From contig JBBRLQ010000001.1 in the NCBI GenBank assembly GCA_038231275.1, positions 1 through 64,000 of the forward strand: a stretch of 64,000 nucleotides of DNA. Direction: 5' to 3'. Made by a program: the position numbers and the translations under genes. Source of the DNA: Polyangiales bacterium (GTDB lineage Bacteria; Myxococcota_A; Polyangia; Polyangiales; Polyangiaceae). Numbering within the stretch: position 1 is the first letter of the stretch; each line of letters begins with the position of its first letter. The notes below the pieces were generated by a model that saw only the letters and a list, made by a program, of their open reading frames with translations, ran no database searches and had not been told where the DNA came from. Below, piece after piece: positions 39,443-48,689 of this stretch.

Positions 39443-40644
39443 CGCTCGACGAGCATCGCGATTCCCTGGCCGACGCCGATGCAGAGGGCCGCCATGCCGC
39501 GCTTCTTCCCTTGCGCCTTCATCGCGTGGACGAGCGCGCCGAGGATGCGCGCGCCGCTCGAACCGATCGGGTGCCCGAGCGCGATGGCGCCGCCGTTCAC
39601 GTTGACCATCGCCGGATCGAGCTCGAGCCCGCGGATGCACGCGAGCGACTGCGCGGCGAACGCTTCGTTGAGCTCGACGAGCTCGAGGTCCTGCACCGTC
39701 CACCCCGCGCGCGCGAGCGCCTTCTTCCCCGCGGGGATCGGCCCCTCCCCCATCAGGTTCGGCTCCACCCCCGCGGTCGCGAACGACACGACACGCGCCA
39801 GCGGCTCGAGCCCGTGCGCGCGCACCACCTCTTCGCTCGCGACGAGCACCGCGCTCGCGCCGTCGTTGATCGGCGAGCTATTGCCTGCCGTGACGCTCCC
39901 TCCTTTTCGGAACGCCGGCGAGAGCTTCGCGAGCGCCTCGATCGTGGTGTCGGGCCGCGGCGACTCGTCCTTCGTGAAGAGCACCGGATCCCCTTTTTTC
40001 TGGGGGATCGGCACAGCAACGATCTCGCGGTCGAAGGCCCCGCTCGCGATCGCCGCGCCCGCCTTCTTCTGCGACGCGAGCGCGAACTGATCCTGCTCCT
40101 CGCGCCCGATCTTCCATTTCTCGGCGACGTTCTCCGCGGTGTCCCCCATCGACTGGAGCGGAAAGCGCGCCGCCATCTTCGCGTTCTCGAAGCGCCAGCC
40201 GAGCGACGTGTCGTAGACCTTGGGCGGCGTGCGCGAGAACGCCTCGTCGGCCTTGGGCATCGCGTACGGCGAGCGCGTCATGCTCTCCACGCCGCCCGCC
40301 ACGACGACGTCCGCGTCGCCGGTCCATACACGCATCACCGCGTCGGTCACCGCCTCGAGGCCCGAGCCGCACAGCCGGTTCACCGTCACCGCGGGGATCT
40401 CGTAGGGGAGATTCGCCAAGAGCACCGCCATGCGCGCAACGTTCCGGTTGTCCTCTCCCGCCTGGTTCGTCGCGCCGAAAATGACCTGATCGATCCGCGC
40501 GTACGCGGCCGGGACGCGCGCGCCGAACGCCGCGAGCACGTGCGCCGCGAGATCGTCGGGCCGGGCCGTCGCGAGCCCGCCCTTCCATTTTGCGATCGGG
40601 GTCCGGACGGCGTCGACGATGTACGCGGGGCGAAGGGCGTTCAT
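39439..40644 (-). CDS. Thiolase (acetyl-CoA C-acyltransferase, PaaJ/PcaF-like)
   Basis: NRLCGSG, NEAFA, GGAIALGHPIG, LCIGVGQG. Confidence 0.95.
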   Translation of the reverse strand: MNALRPAYIVDAVRTPIAKWKGGLATARPDDLAAHVLAAFGARVPAAYARIDQVIFGATNQAGEDNRNVARMAVLLANLPYEIPAVTVNRLCGSGLEAVTDAVMRVWTGDADVVVAGGVESMTRSPYAMPKADEAFSRTPPKVYDTSLGWRFENAKMAARFPLQSMGDTAENVAEKWKIGREEQDQFALASQKKAGAAIASGAFDREIVAVPIPQKKGDPVLFTKDESPRPDTTIEALAKLSPAFRKGGSVTAGNSSPINDGASAVLVASEEVVRAHGLEPLARVVSFATAGVEPNLMGEGPIPAGKKALARAGWTVQDLELVELNEAFAAQSLACIRGLELDPAMVNVNGGAIALGHPIGSSGARILGALVHAMKAQGKKRGMAALCIGVGQGIAMLVER

Positions 40645-40677
40645 GGCGCCCGGAGCTTAGCCAAAATCCCGCCGAAA

Positions 40678-41559
40678 TCAGCCTTTCGGCTGCGGCACGC
40701 CGTCTTTCCAGACGTAGAACCCCTCGCCGGTCTTTTTGCCGAGCTTGCCGGCGCGCACCATCTGGCGGAGCAGCGGCGGCGGACGAAACTGGTCGCCGAT
40801 CTCGCGCTGCAGGTGCTCGAGGATCGCGAGGCGCACGTCGAGACCGACCAAATCGGTCAGCTTGAGCGGCCCCATCGGGTGCCGGTAGCCGAGCTCCATT
40901 CCCTTGTCGATGTCGGCGGCGCTGGCGACGCCCATCTCGAGCATGCGGATCGCCTCCGCACCCAAGATGACGCCAAGGCGGCTCGTCGCGAAGCCGGGCA
41001 CGTCGTTCACCACGATCGCCGTCTTGCCGAGCGCCTTCGCCAGCGCCTGCGCGCGCGTCACCGTCTCGTCCGTCGTCCCGAGGCCGCGCACGATCTCGAG
41101 CAGCTCCATCACCGGCGGCGGGTTGAAGAAGTGGAGGCCGACCGTCCTGTCGGGCGCGCCGATCCGGCGCCCGAGCTCGGTGAGCGAGAGGGACGACGTG
41201 TTGGAGCCGAGGAGCGCCGTCTTGGGCGCCGCGCGAACGACCTCGTCGAAGAGCGCCACCTTCAGCGCCATATCCTCGGGGACGGCTTCGATGACGGCGT
41301 CGCAGCCCTCGCACGCCACCGCCGCCGCCTGCGCGGGCGAGAGCTTCGCGAGCGCGGCTGAGCGCGCTTCGGCGGTCATTTTGCCCTTCGCGACGAGCTT
41401 TTCGAGCTGCGCGCCGATCGCCTCGATCGCCTTCGTCGCGCGGTCGGGCGCGACGTCGAAGATGCGCGTGACATGTCCGGTGACCGCGGCAATCTGAGCG
41501 ATTCCCTGACCCATCGTCCCGGTCCCCAAGACCGCAATCGTACCGTTCGCGTCGCTCAC
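40678..41559 (-). CDS. 3-hydroxyacyl-CoA dehydrogenase
   Basis: GTGTMGQG, EAVPE, SNTSSL, LHFFNP, HPMGPL; RBS GAGGAG. Confidence 0.95.
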   Translation of the reverse strand: MSDANGTIAVLGTGTMGQGIAQIAAVTGHVTRIFDVAPDRATKAIEAIGAQLEKLVAKGKMTAEARSAALAKLSPAQAAAVACEGCDAVIEAVPEDMALKVALFDEVVRAAPKTALLGSNTSSLSLTELGRRIGAPDRTVGLHFFNPPPVMELLEIVRGLGTTDETVTRAQALAKALGKTAIVVNDVPGFATSRLGVILGAEAIRMLEMGVASAADIDKGMELGYRHPMGPLKLTDLVGLDVRLAILEHLQREIGDQFRPPPLLRQMVRAGKLGKKTGEGFYVWKDGVPQPKG

Positions 41560-41609
41560 GTGTGCTCCTCGCGTGTATGCTGACGCTACCAGGAAAAGCG
41601 CCAAACCAC

Positions 41610-43037
41610 GTGGGACGCATCATCCTCATCGACGACAGCCCGAGCGCTCGCACGCTCATCGGCACACGCCTCCGCGAGGCCGGGTGGGAGGTGCTCGACG
41701 CGCCCGACGCGACGACGGGCGCCGAGCTGGCGATGGCGCAGCCGCCCGACGCGGTCGTCACCGATCTCTGGATGCCTGGAATTTCTGGTCTCCAGCTCTG
41801 TCGCCTCCTCCGCGCCGATCCCGTAACGGCGAACGTGCCGGTGGTCCTCTTGACCGCATCGGACGATCGGCGGACGCGCTTCTGGGCGCGCTGCGCGGGC
41901 GCCGCCGCGTATGTCACCAAGACGGAGATCGATCGCCTCGTCACGCTGGTCGCCGAGCTGGAGCACGCGCAGCCTCCGACGATGTCCATGCCCAATCCGA
42001 CCGCGTCGGCGACGGCCCGAACGACCGGCAGCGTGCCCGAGCGGTTGTCGCAGCTCCTCGACGCCGCGCTCTTCGAGTCGACGATGGCCGGCGAGGTGCG
42101 TTCGCTCGCCCACTTCGCGGACATCGAGTCGCTCTTCACCGAGCTGACGCGCCTCGCGTCCGACGTCGTCAGCTACCGCTGGATGGCGCTCCTCCCCACG
42201 GGCTCGAGCCGCTTGATGCTCCACGCGACCAAGAGCGCGCGCGCGCTGAGCGAGCGGGAGGCGCGCGAGGCGCTGGACCTCACGAAGGAAGTCCCCGAGG
42301 AGCGGCGCAAGACCGGAGGCGCGGGGATGTTCCTCGTCGAGGACGCGCGACCGCTGGGAGGCGACGGAGGCGCGCACGCCATCGTCGCGCCGATTCGCTT
42401 CGGCAACGAGACGCTCGGCACGCTCGCGATCGCCCCCACCAGGCGAGGCGCCTCGCTCGAAGACCGCCGCCTCCTCGACATCGTCTCCTCGGAGCTCGGC
42501 GGCGCGATGCGCATGGTCGGCCTCGTCGCCGAGGCGCGTCGCATCGCGGCCACCGATCCGCTCACCGGCCTCATGAACCGCCGCGCCTTCCTCGAGGTGA
42601 TCGCGCGCGACCGCTCGCGCAAGGACAAGAACCAGCACCCATGGTCGGTGCTGCTCCTCGACGTCGATCACTTCAAGCGCGTCAACGACACCTACGGCCA
42701 CGACGGAGGCGACGCGGTCCTCCAGGGCATCGCCACCGTGATCGCGAAGATCGCGCGAAAGTCCGACCACGTTGCCCGATGGGGCGGCGAAGAGTTCGTC
42801 GTCGCGCTCGTCCAGACCGTCGACGCCGGCGCCCGCATCGCCGCCGAGCGCGTGCGTCGCGCCATCGCCGAGACGCGCTTCGCCCTCCCGAGCGGCGACA
42901 TCATCACCGCGACCGCCTCGGTCGGCCTCGCGAGCGCTCAGTCCCTCGACTGGAACATCGACGATCTGGTCCAGCGCGCCGACAAGGCCATGTACAACGC
43001 GAAGCACCGCGGCCGAAACCGCGTGGAGACCTCGTAG
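41610..43037 (+). CDS. Response-regulator diguanylate cyclase (REC, GAF-like, GGDEF)
   Basis: LIDDS, TDLWMP; DPLTGLMNRR, DVDHFKRVNDTYGH, RKSD I-site, GGEEF. Confidence 0.93.
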   Translation: MGRIILIDDSPSARTLIGTRLREAGWEVLDAPDATTGAELAMAQPPDAVVTDLWMPGISGLQLCRLLRADPVTANVPVVLLTASDDRRTRFWARCAGAAAYVTKTEIDRLVTLVAELEHAQPPTMSMPNPTASATARTTGSVPERLSQLLDAALFESTMAGEVRSLAHFADIESLFTELTRLASDVVSYRWMALLPTGSSRLMLHATKSARALSEREAREALDLTKEVPEERRKTGGAGMFLVEDARPLGGDGGAHAIVAPIRFGNETLGTLAIAPTRRGASLEDRRLLDIVSSELGGAMRMVGLVAEARRIAATDPLTGLMNRRAFLEVIARDRSRKDKNQHPWSVLLLDVDHFKRVNDTYGHDGGDAVLQGIATVIAKIARKSDHVARWGGEEFVVALVQTVDAGARIAAERVRRAIAETRFALPSGDIITATASVGLASAQSLDWNIDDLVQRADKAMYNAKHRGRNRVETS

Positions 43038-43039
43038 CG

Positions 43040-43771
43040 TCAGCCCGCTTCGGCCGCGACCGGCTCTTTGTGGTTGTGGAACTGGGCGAGCGAGCCGCCG
43101 CACGCGCACGTCTCCGGCACGTGATCCTTATGGTACACGCGCTCGCACCGCGGGCAGACACGCCCGTCCGGCTCCCACGCGATCGCCTTGTCGCTCGACG
43201 CGCAGCGCCGCCCGACGATCTGGAGCTTCTCGAGCTTCAGGATCTGCCCCGCGTCGCGCGACGCCTTGCCGATCGACTCGCGCGCCTCGTCGCTCACCTC
43301 GAGGACCTTCGGAATGCGGGCGCGCCCTTCCTTGACGATCCACGCGACCGCCTGGGGCTGGCTCTTCTGCGTAATCTTGAGAGACAGGCTCGCGCCCGCC
43401 TCGTCCTTGCCGCTCACGGCGAGCAGGCTCTCGCCCGCCTCCCACACGATCGCGTCGATCCCCCACCACGGCAGGCGCCGAACAGTGCCCTTCTCGATTC
43501 CTATACCCGCGTCGCCGACGCGCAGCGCGGCATCGCCGCTCGTGCCGATCCAGATCGCCGCGCCGAGCAGCAGCGCGCCGACGGCGAGCACCCAGATCGA
43601 ATACGGCACCGCGTCGGGCCGCAGGTACTGCCCGGTGAGACCGGCACCGAGCCCAGCCGCCCCGAGCGCGCCCGTCACCTGCACGAGCAGCGGCGGGGTC
43701 GAGCTCTGCGGCAAGAACCTCCGCTCGCTGCGTTCGCGCTTCTTTTCCTTGGTCTTCTTCGCCGTGGCCAT
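43040..43771 (-). CDS. Membrane protein with C-terminal Cys/His zinc-finger-like motif
   Basis: Two TMs; CASS...CPRC..YHKDH..CACG. Confidence 0.7.
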   Translation of the reverse strand: MATAKKTKEKKRERSERRFLPQSSTPPLLVQVTGALGAAGLGAGLTGQYLRPDAVPYSIWVLAVGALLLGAAIWIGTSGDAALRVGDAGIGIEKGTVRRLPWWGIDAIVWEAGESLLAVSGKDEAGASLSLKITQKSQPQAVAWIVKEGRARIPKVLEVSDEARESIGKASRDAGQILKLEKLQIVGRRCASSDKAIAWEPDGRVCPRCERVYHKDHVPETCACGGSLAQFHNHKEPVAAEAG

Positions 43772-43821
43772 GGGCGACGGACGTTAGAGCAGGCGCCGCG
43801 TTTACGCCAGGAGGTCGGCTC

Positions 43822-44433
43822 TCACAGGCAGTCGCCGTACGGATCGTTCTGGTAGTAGTAGAGGTCGGAGCTGCAGAGATCCTCGTTGCCGCTCTTCCAG
43901 TCGGGCGTGCCGATGATTCCCGCGGTGCACTGCGGGTCGTCCTTCGCGATCCACTGGTTCGAGTTGCAGCACGCCGAGAGCTGCGCGCAGTTCGGGCCGA
44001 CGGTGTCGGTTTTTCCGGCGTTCGAGCAGTCGAACGTCGCGAAGCCGCCGGCGCAGAGGTACTCGTTCTTCTTGCCGGTGAGCAGGTAGCAGGCCGCGCC
44101 GTTCGTGCTGTTCGTGAGCTTGCCGCAGCACTCGGAGAGCGCGCTGCACGCCGGGCCGGGCGTCTCGGGCGGCGGCGGAGGCGCGGCGTCGGGCGGAGGA
44201 GGCGGACGCGCGGCGTCGGCAGGAGCGGCATCGACCGGCGGCGCCGCGGCGTCGAACGGCGGGGTGGTCGGCGGCTTGGGGGCCGGCGCGCCTGCTTCCT
44301 TGACGGCGACGACGTTCTGGTCCGGCGCCGTCTTCGGCGGATCGTCCCCACCCGCCGCAGCCGGAGATCCGGCGCAGTGCAGGAGCGCGATCGAGGAGCC
44401 GAGCAACACGATCGTGGCGAGAACCTTACGCAT
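43822..44433 (-). CDS. Cys-rich lipoprotein with Pro-rich linker
   Basis: LLHC lipobox-like site; duplicated GP.C..LS.CC motif. Confidence 0.75.
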   Translation of the reverse strand: MRKVLATIVLLGSSIALLHCAGSPAAAGGDDPPKTAPDQNVVAVKEAGAPAPKPPTTPPFDAAAPPVDAAPADAARPPPPPDAAPPPPPETPGPACSALSECCGKLTNSTNGAACYLLTGKKNEYLCAGGFATFDCSNAGKTDTVGPNCAQLSACCNSNQWIAKDDPQCTAGIIGTPDWKSGNEDLCSSDLYYYQNDPYGDCL

Positions 44434-44660
44434 GACGACGTCCCCTTCGGGTTGGGCAGGAAGCCGCGGCGACGTGCCGCGTACCCTACGTCGTATGCAA
44501 AGATGCGACCATGTAGGCAATGGTGGTTAGCCTTGGCGAAATGGCGATGAAATCACATTGAATTTTTCCAATGCCTCCATCCCTCGATCCACCACGCCAC
44601 CGGATCATGAGACGGGTCGGTGATCCACCCACATGGACCACTCGCCCCGTCGCGCCCCCT

Positions 44661-46031
44661 CTACTTGAGGTTGGCGAGCTCGTCGTAGAGGTGCGCGGCG
44701 CTCTTGATGCCGAGGTGGTAGTTCTCGAGATCGATCCACTCGTTCGGCGCGTGCGCGTTCTCGTCCGGCTGTCCGAAGCCCATGAGGAGGCAGGGCTTGC
44801 CAGTGACGTCGGCGATGGTCCGCACGAACGGGATCGAGCCCCCTTCGCGGATGAAGACGGTCGGCTTTCCGAACGCCTTCGAGAAGGCGCGCTTGGCGAT
44901 CTCGAAGACGGGGTGGTCGGTCGGCGCGAGGTACGGGCGACCGCCGTGGAGGCGGACGATCTTCACCTTGATGCCCGGCGGCGCGATCTTCTCGAGGTAG
45001 CGCGTCACGAGATCTGCGATCTCTTCGGGCTCTTGGTGCGGGACGAGGCGGCAGCTGATTTTCGCCATCGCGCGCGCCGGAATGATCGTCTTGCTCCCCT
45101 CGCCGGTGAACCCGCCGGAGATGCCGTTGCAGTCCAACGTCGGCCGTGTCCACACGCGCTCGAGCGTCGAGTAGCCCTTCTCGCCGAACACCGCGGAGGC
45201 GCCGGTCGATTTGCGCCACTCCTCTTCGTTGAACGGCAGGCTCTTGATCTCCGCGCGCTCGGCGGCGGTGAGGGCGACGACCTTGTCGTAGAAGCCGGGG
45301 ACGAGGATCTTCCCTTCGTCGTCCTGGAGGCGCGCGATCATCCTCGCGAGCGCGTTCACCGGGTTCATGATCCCGCCGCCGAACGAGCCGGAGTGCAGAT
45401 CGGTCGACGGCCCCTCGACGTGGACCTCGATGTACATGAGGCCGCGGAGCCCGACGCAGAGCGAGGGGATGCCGCGCCCGAACATCGCCGTGTCGCTGAC
45501 GCAGACGAAATCCGCCGCGAGCTCTTTCTGCTTCTGGCGCATCAGCTCATCGAGGTTCGCGCTGCCGATCTCCTCTTCGCCCTCGACGATGAGCTTCACG
45601 TTGATCGGCAGCTTCTTCCGCGCCTTGATGAACGACTCGATCGCCTTCACGTGGATGAGGACCTGGCCCTTGTCGTCCACGACGCCGCGTCCCCACATGC
45701 GGCCGTCGCGGATCGCGGGCTCGAACGGCGGAGAGATCCACTCGTTCAGCGGATCGACGGGCTGCACGTCGTGGTGGCCGTAGATGAGGAGGGTGGGCTT
45801 GCCAGGCGCGTCCATCCACTCGGCGAAGACGGCGGGGTGGCCCGCGGTCGGCCAGAGCTCGGTCTTCGTCGCGCCGAGCTTGCTCACCTGCGCGATGAGG
45901 TGCTCGGCGTTCTTCACCATGTCGGCCGCGTGGGCGGGATCGCTCGAGATCGCGGGGATCCTCGTCCACTCGGCGAGCTCGTCGACGAAGCGTTGGCGGT
46001 TCGCGTCGATGTAGTCGAGGACGTCTTTCAT
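44661..46031 (-). CDS. M20 family dipeptidase
   Basis: YGHHDVQP, GRGVVDDKGQ, EGEEEIGS, DLHSG, GGSIP, HAPNE. Confidence 0.95.
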   Translation of the reverse strand: MKDVLDYIDANRQRFVDELAEWTRIPAISSDPAHAADMVKNAEHLIAQVSKLGATKTELWPTAGHPAVFAEWMDAPGKPTLLIYGHHDVQPVDPLNEWISPPFEPAIRDGRMWGRGVVDDKGQVLIHVKAIESFIKARKKLPINVKLIVEGEEEIGSANLDELMRQKQKELAADFVCVSDTAMFGRGIPSLCVGLRGLMYIEVHVEGPSTDLHSGSFGGGIMNPVNALARMIARLQDDEGKILVPGFYDKVVALTAAERAEIKSLPFNEEEWRKSTGASAVFGEKGYSTLERVWTRPTLDCNGISGGFTGEGSKTIIPARAMAKISCRLVPHQEPEEIADLVTRYLEKIAPPGIKVKIVRLHGGRPYLAPTDHPVFEIAKRAFSKAFGKPTVFIREGGSIPFVRTIADVTGKPCLLMGFGQPDENAHAPNEWIDLENYHLGIKSAAHLYDELANLK

Positions 46032-46050
46032 GGTCCGATCGTCCTTACCG

Positions 46051-46647
46051 TCATCTCGCGAGGACGACCAGCGCTTCGCGCACCAGCTCGGGGAGCGGCG
46101 TCTTTCCTACGCGGTCGCCGAGCGCTTGAACCGCGCGCTCGGCCTCGGACTGCTTGTAGCCCATGTTCACGAGGGCGCCGATGAGGAGCTCGTTTCCCTT
46201 GGGCGGCGCGGCAGCAATGGACGAGGTCCCGAGCGCACCCTCGAGACTCAGCTTGTCGCGCAGCTCGAGCACGAGGCGCTCCGCGGTCTTCTTGCCGACG
46301 CCCGAGATGCTCGTGAGCTTGAGGACGTCCTTGCTCGCGATCGCGCGCGCGAGCTCCGGGCCAGGCAACGCCGAGAGTACGGCAATCGCGGTCTTCGGAC
46401 CGACGTTGGATACGCTGATGAGCGCGCGAAACGCCGCGCGATCGGCGTCGGTCGCGAAGCCGAAGAGGACGAGCGCGTCCTCTCGCACGTGCGTGTGGAC
46501 GAAGAAGGTCACCGGCTGCCCATCGCCGCCCACGCGACCGACGGCGCCGATCGGCGTGACGAGCTCGTAGCCCACCCCGCCGACGTCGACGACGACGATC
46601 CCGTCCCCCTCCTGCGCGGCAACGCGGCCGGTGATGCGCCCGATCAG
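46051..46647 (-). CDS. ruvA: Holliday junction branch migration protein RuvA, apparent CTG start
   Basis: (L)IGRITG...VDVGGVGYE, HVRED..LFGF, VSNVGPK.A, GVGKKTAERLVLELRDK, ALVNMGY. Confidence 0.93.
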   Translation of the reverse strand: MIGRITGRVAAQEGDGIVVVDVGGVGYELVTPIGAVGRVGGDGQPVTFFVHTHVREDALVLFGFATDADRAAFRALISVSNVGPKTAIAVLSALPGPELARAIASKDVLKLTSISGVGKKTAERLVLELRDKLSLEGALGTSSIAAAPPKGNELLIGALVNMGYKQSEAERAVQALGDRVGKTPLPELVREALVVLAR

Positions 46648-47198
46648 TTGTCGAGCGCTCCCTGCGCGATCCAGCGGCGAACGACGTCACGGCTCGGCGA
46701 CGGGAGGATGTCGCTGCCTTGCGGCATCGAGAGTTGGCAGTCGGCGCCCGTGCACTGCGCGTTGAAGACGCACTGATCGCCGTCCATCTTGTGCATGAGG
46801 AAGCTCTTGGACGGATCGCTCGCCGTCACGAACGGCATCGTCGCCAGGTCCTTCGAGAGCACGCCGACGACGAGCCCGTGCACCTTGCTGGAGTCGGCGC
46901 CGAGCTGGTCCTTCGCGCCGAGGAAGAGGCCGCCTTGGCTCGCGGTGGGCGAGCCGTGGCACGATGTGGAGAGGCCGCAGCTCTTGTTGAAGACGCTGGC
47001 GACGACGTCGGTCTTGAAGCTGACCTTTGGGGTCGTCAGATCGAGCTTGCCGGGATCGTACGCGACGCAGCCGCTCGCTCCGCTGCTGCCGCCGCTGCTG
47101 CCGCTGCTGCCGCTCGACGAGGTCGAGCTGGACGAGCTGCACGCGGCGAGGGACGCGAGGGCGAGGACGATCGCCGCGAAGAATGTCTGCCGAAGCAT
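46644..47198 (-). CDS. Lipoprotein with cytochrome-c-like domain (CX5CH)
   Basis: Lipobox LAAC; FKTDV..VF..SCGLSTSCH; SFLMHK; MP; RRWIAQGA. Confidence 0.75.
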   Translation of the reverse strand: MLRQTFFAAIVLALASLAACSSSSSTSSSGSSGSSGGSSGASGCVAYDPGKLDLTTPKVSFKTDVVASVFNKSCGLSTSCHGSPTASQGGLFLGAKDQLGADSSKVHGLVVGVLSKDLATMPFVTASDPSKSFLMHKMDGDQCVFNAQCTGADCQLSMPQGSDILPSPSRDVVRRWIAQGALDN

Positions 47199-47238
47199 TG
47201 GGGAGGCTCTCCTTTTTAAGGGTCGCCGCCACCGTAGC

Positions 47239-48636
47239 TCAGGACTTCTTCACGCGCGAGCGGACGACCACGAAGCCGAGGAAGCCGGCCAGCGCCAAGA
47301 GCGCGAGGGGGCCTTCCGAGGAGCCGGGCGTCGTCGTCGCGCAGCTGAACGACGACTTGCCGTTGCCGGTGACCGCGGCCTGCGCTTGATCGCGCGGACC
47401 TTGCCCGACGACGTCGCAGCCGTTGTAGATGGGGCACACCGGCTGGCCCAACTCCTTCGTCGGGAGCCTCAGGCCCGCGAGCATGCCTTGATCGGCGGAG
47501 GGCTGCAGATCGAGATCGGTCGCGAGGTTGGCGTGCGCGAGATCGGCGCGGATGCGGGTGACGCGGGCGCGCGACGTCGCGATGCCGGCGAAGAGCGTCG
47601 CGATGTCCTCGTCGCGCGCCTGATCGGGCGTCTCGTTGACGCCGCCCTCGGGGGTGGTGACCGGCAGGTAGTCCGAGCCCGCGTCGACGGGCGGGCCGCC
47701 GCCGCCGAAGCCACCCTGGAACGGGTAGCGGATTCGGTTCGCGACGGTGTCCGAAGAGATCGCCTCGGCGCTCTCGATCTCCCAGGTCTTGCCGTCGCTC
47801 TTCTGCGCGCGCAGCGCCTTGAAGTTGCTGGAGCTGGAGGCCCAGTCCCACACGAGATCGTCGCTCGTGATCGCGAACGATCCGAAGTTCTGCGGCTCGT
47901 AGCGCCCCTCGGCGAGCACCCAGAGCGTGATGCCGACGGTGGCGCCGGTGCCCGCCGTGACCATGCGCAGCGGCAGGCTCGGCGAGCCGCCGGCCGTCGT
48001 GACACGTACGGGACGCATCGACGCGACGCCCGCGCCCGGAACGAGCTTGAGCGCGAGGAAATCGTATTTCTCCGCCTGGTACGCCGCGATGATCGGCTTC
48101 ACGTCGGCGGGGATCGAGTAGCTGTGCGACGTGAGCCAGTCCTCGAGCGCGTTCGGCGACGTCGCGCTGAGCTGCACGGTCTCGTAGGGGCCGACGACCT
48201 CCTCTTTGATGATCGTGACACCCGGCGGCGCGGACCCCGCGTCCGAGCTCCCCGCGCCAAACGCGGTGCCCCCCCCGGAGGACGAGCCTCCGCAGTTGTT
48301 CGGCGCCGCCGGGCAGCGCGTCGGAGGCTGCTGCACCTGCGTCTGCGTGAGCGAGTCGAGCGCGCTGAAGACCACGTCGGCGCTGAGCGCGACCTTCGCC
48401 TGGCCGTTGATCGGCAGCACCCACGCGAAGCTCGACGGGCTCCCCGTGTAGTGGATCTGATCGTAGAGCGTCGTCTGCTGCGGAGAGATCGTCAGGATCA
48501 TCCGGTGATCGGTGACGACCGAGTCGCTCTCGGTGGGCGGCGAGAAGCAGCCGCCGCACGCGCGCGCGTCGCTCTCGAGGACGGTGACCAGCGTGGCGGC
48601 GAGCGCGAGGCCCGACGCGAGGGCGAAAATTCTCAT
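47239..48636 (-). CDS. DUF2330-like protein with MYXO-CTERM-like tail
   Basis: ARACGGCF, FAWVLP, VGPYE, WL..Y, FLALKL, LPLRM; SFSC plus TM plus basic tail. Confidence 0.85.
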   Translation of the reverse strand: MRIFALASGLALAATLVTVLESDARACGGCFSPPTESDSVVTDHRMILTISPQQTTLYDQIHYTGSPSSFAWVLPINGQAKVALSADVVFSALDSLTQTQVQQPPTRCPAAPNNCGGSSSGGGTAFGAGSSDAGSAPPGVTIIKEEVVGPYETVQLSATSPNALEDWLTSHSYSIPADVKPIIAAYQAEKYDFLALKLVPGAGVASMRPVRVTTAGGSPSLPLRMVTAGTGATVGITLWVLAEGRYEPQNFGSFAITSDDLVWDWASSSSNFKALRAQKSDGKTWEIESAEAISSDTVANRIRYPFQGGFGGGGPPVDAGSDYLPVTTPEGGVNETPDQARDEDIATLFAGIATSRARVTRIRADLAHANLATDLDLQPSADQGMLAGLRLPTKELGQPVCPIYNGCDVVGQGPRDQAQAAVTGNGKSSFSCATTTPGSSEGPLALLALAGFLGFVVVRSRVKKS

Positions 48637-48689
48637 GGAAAGCTCCTTCTAAGTGAATCGAGAAACGTGTCGGTCCTTCGCGACGGCGC

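Noticed and set aside
44500-44600. AT-richer intergenic patch with TGTGA half-site (CRP/FNR-like) or sRNA
   Set aside because: The second half-site is poor and there is no convincing structure
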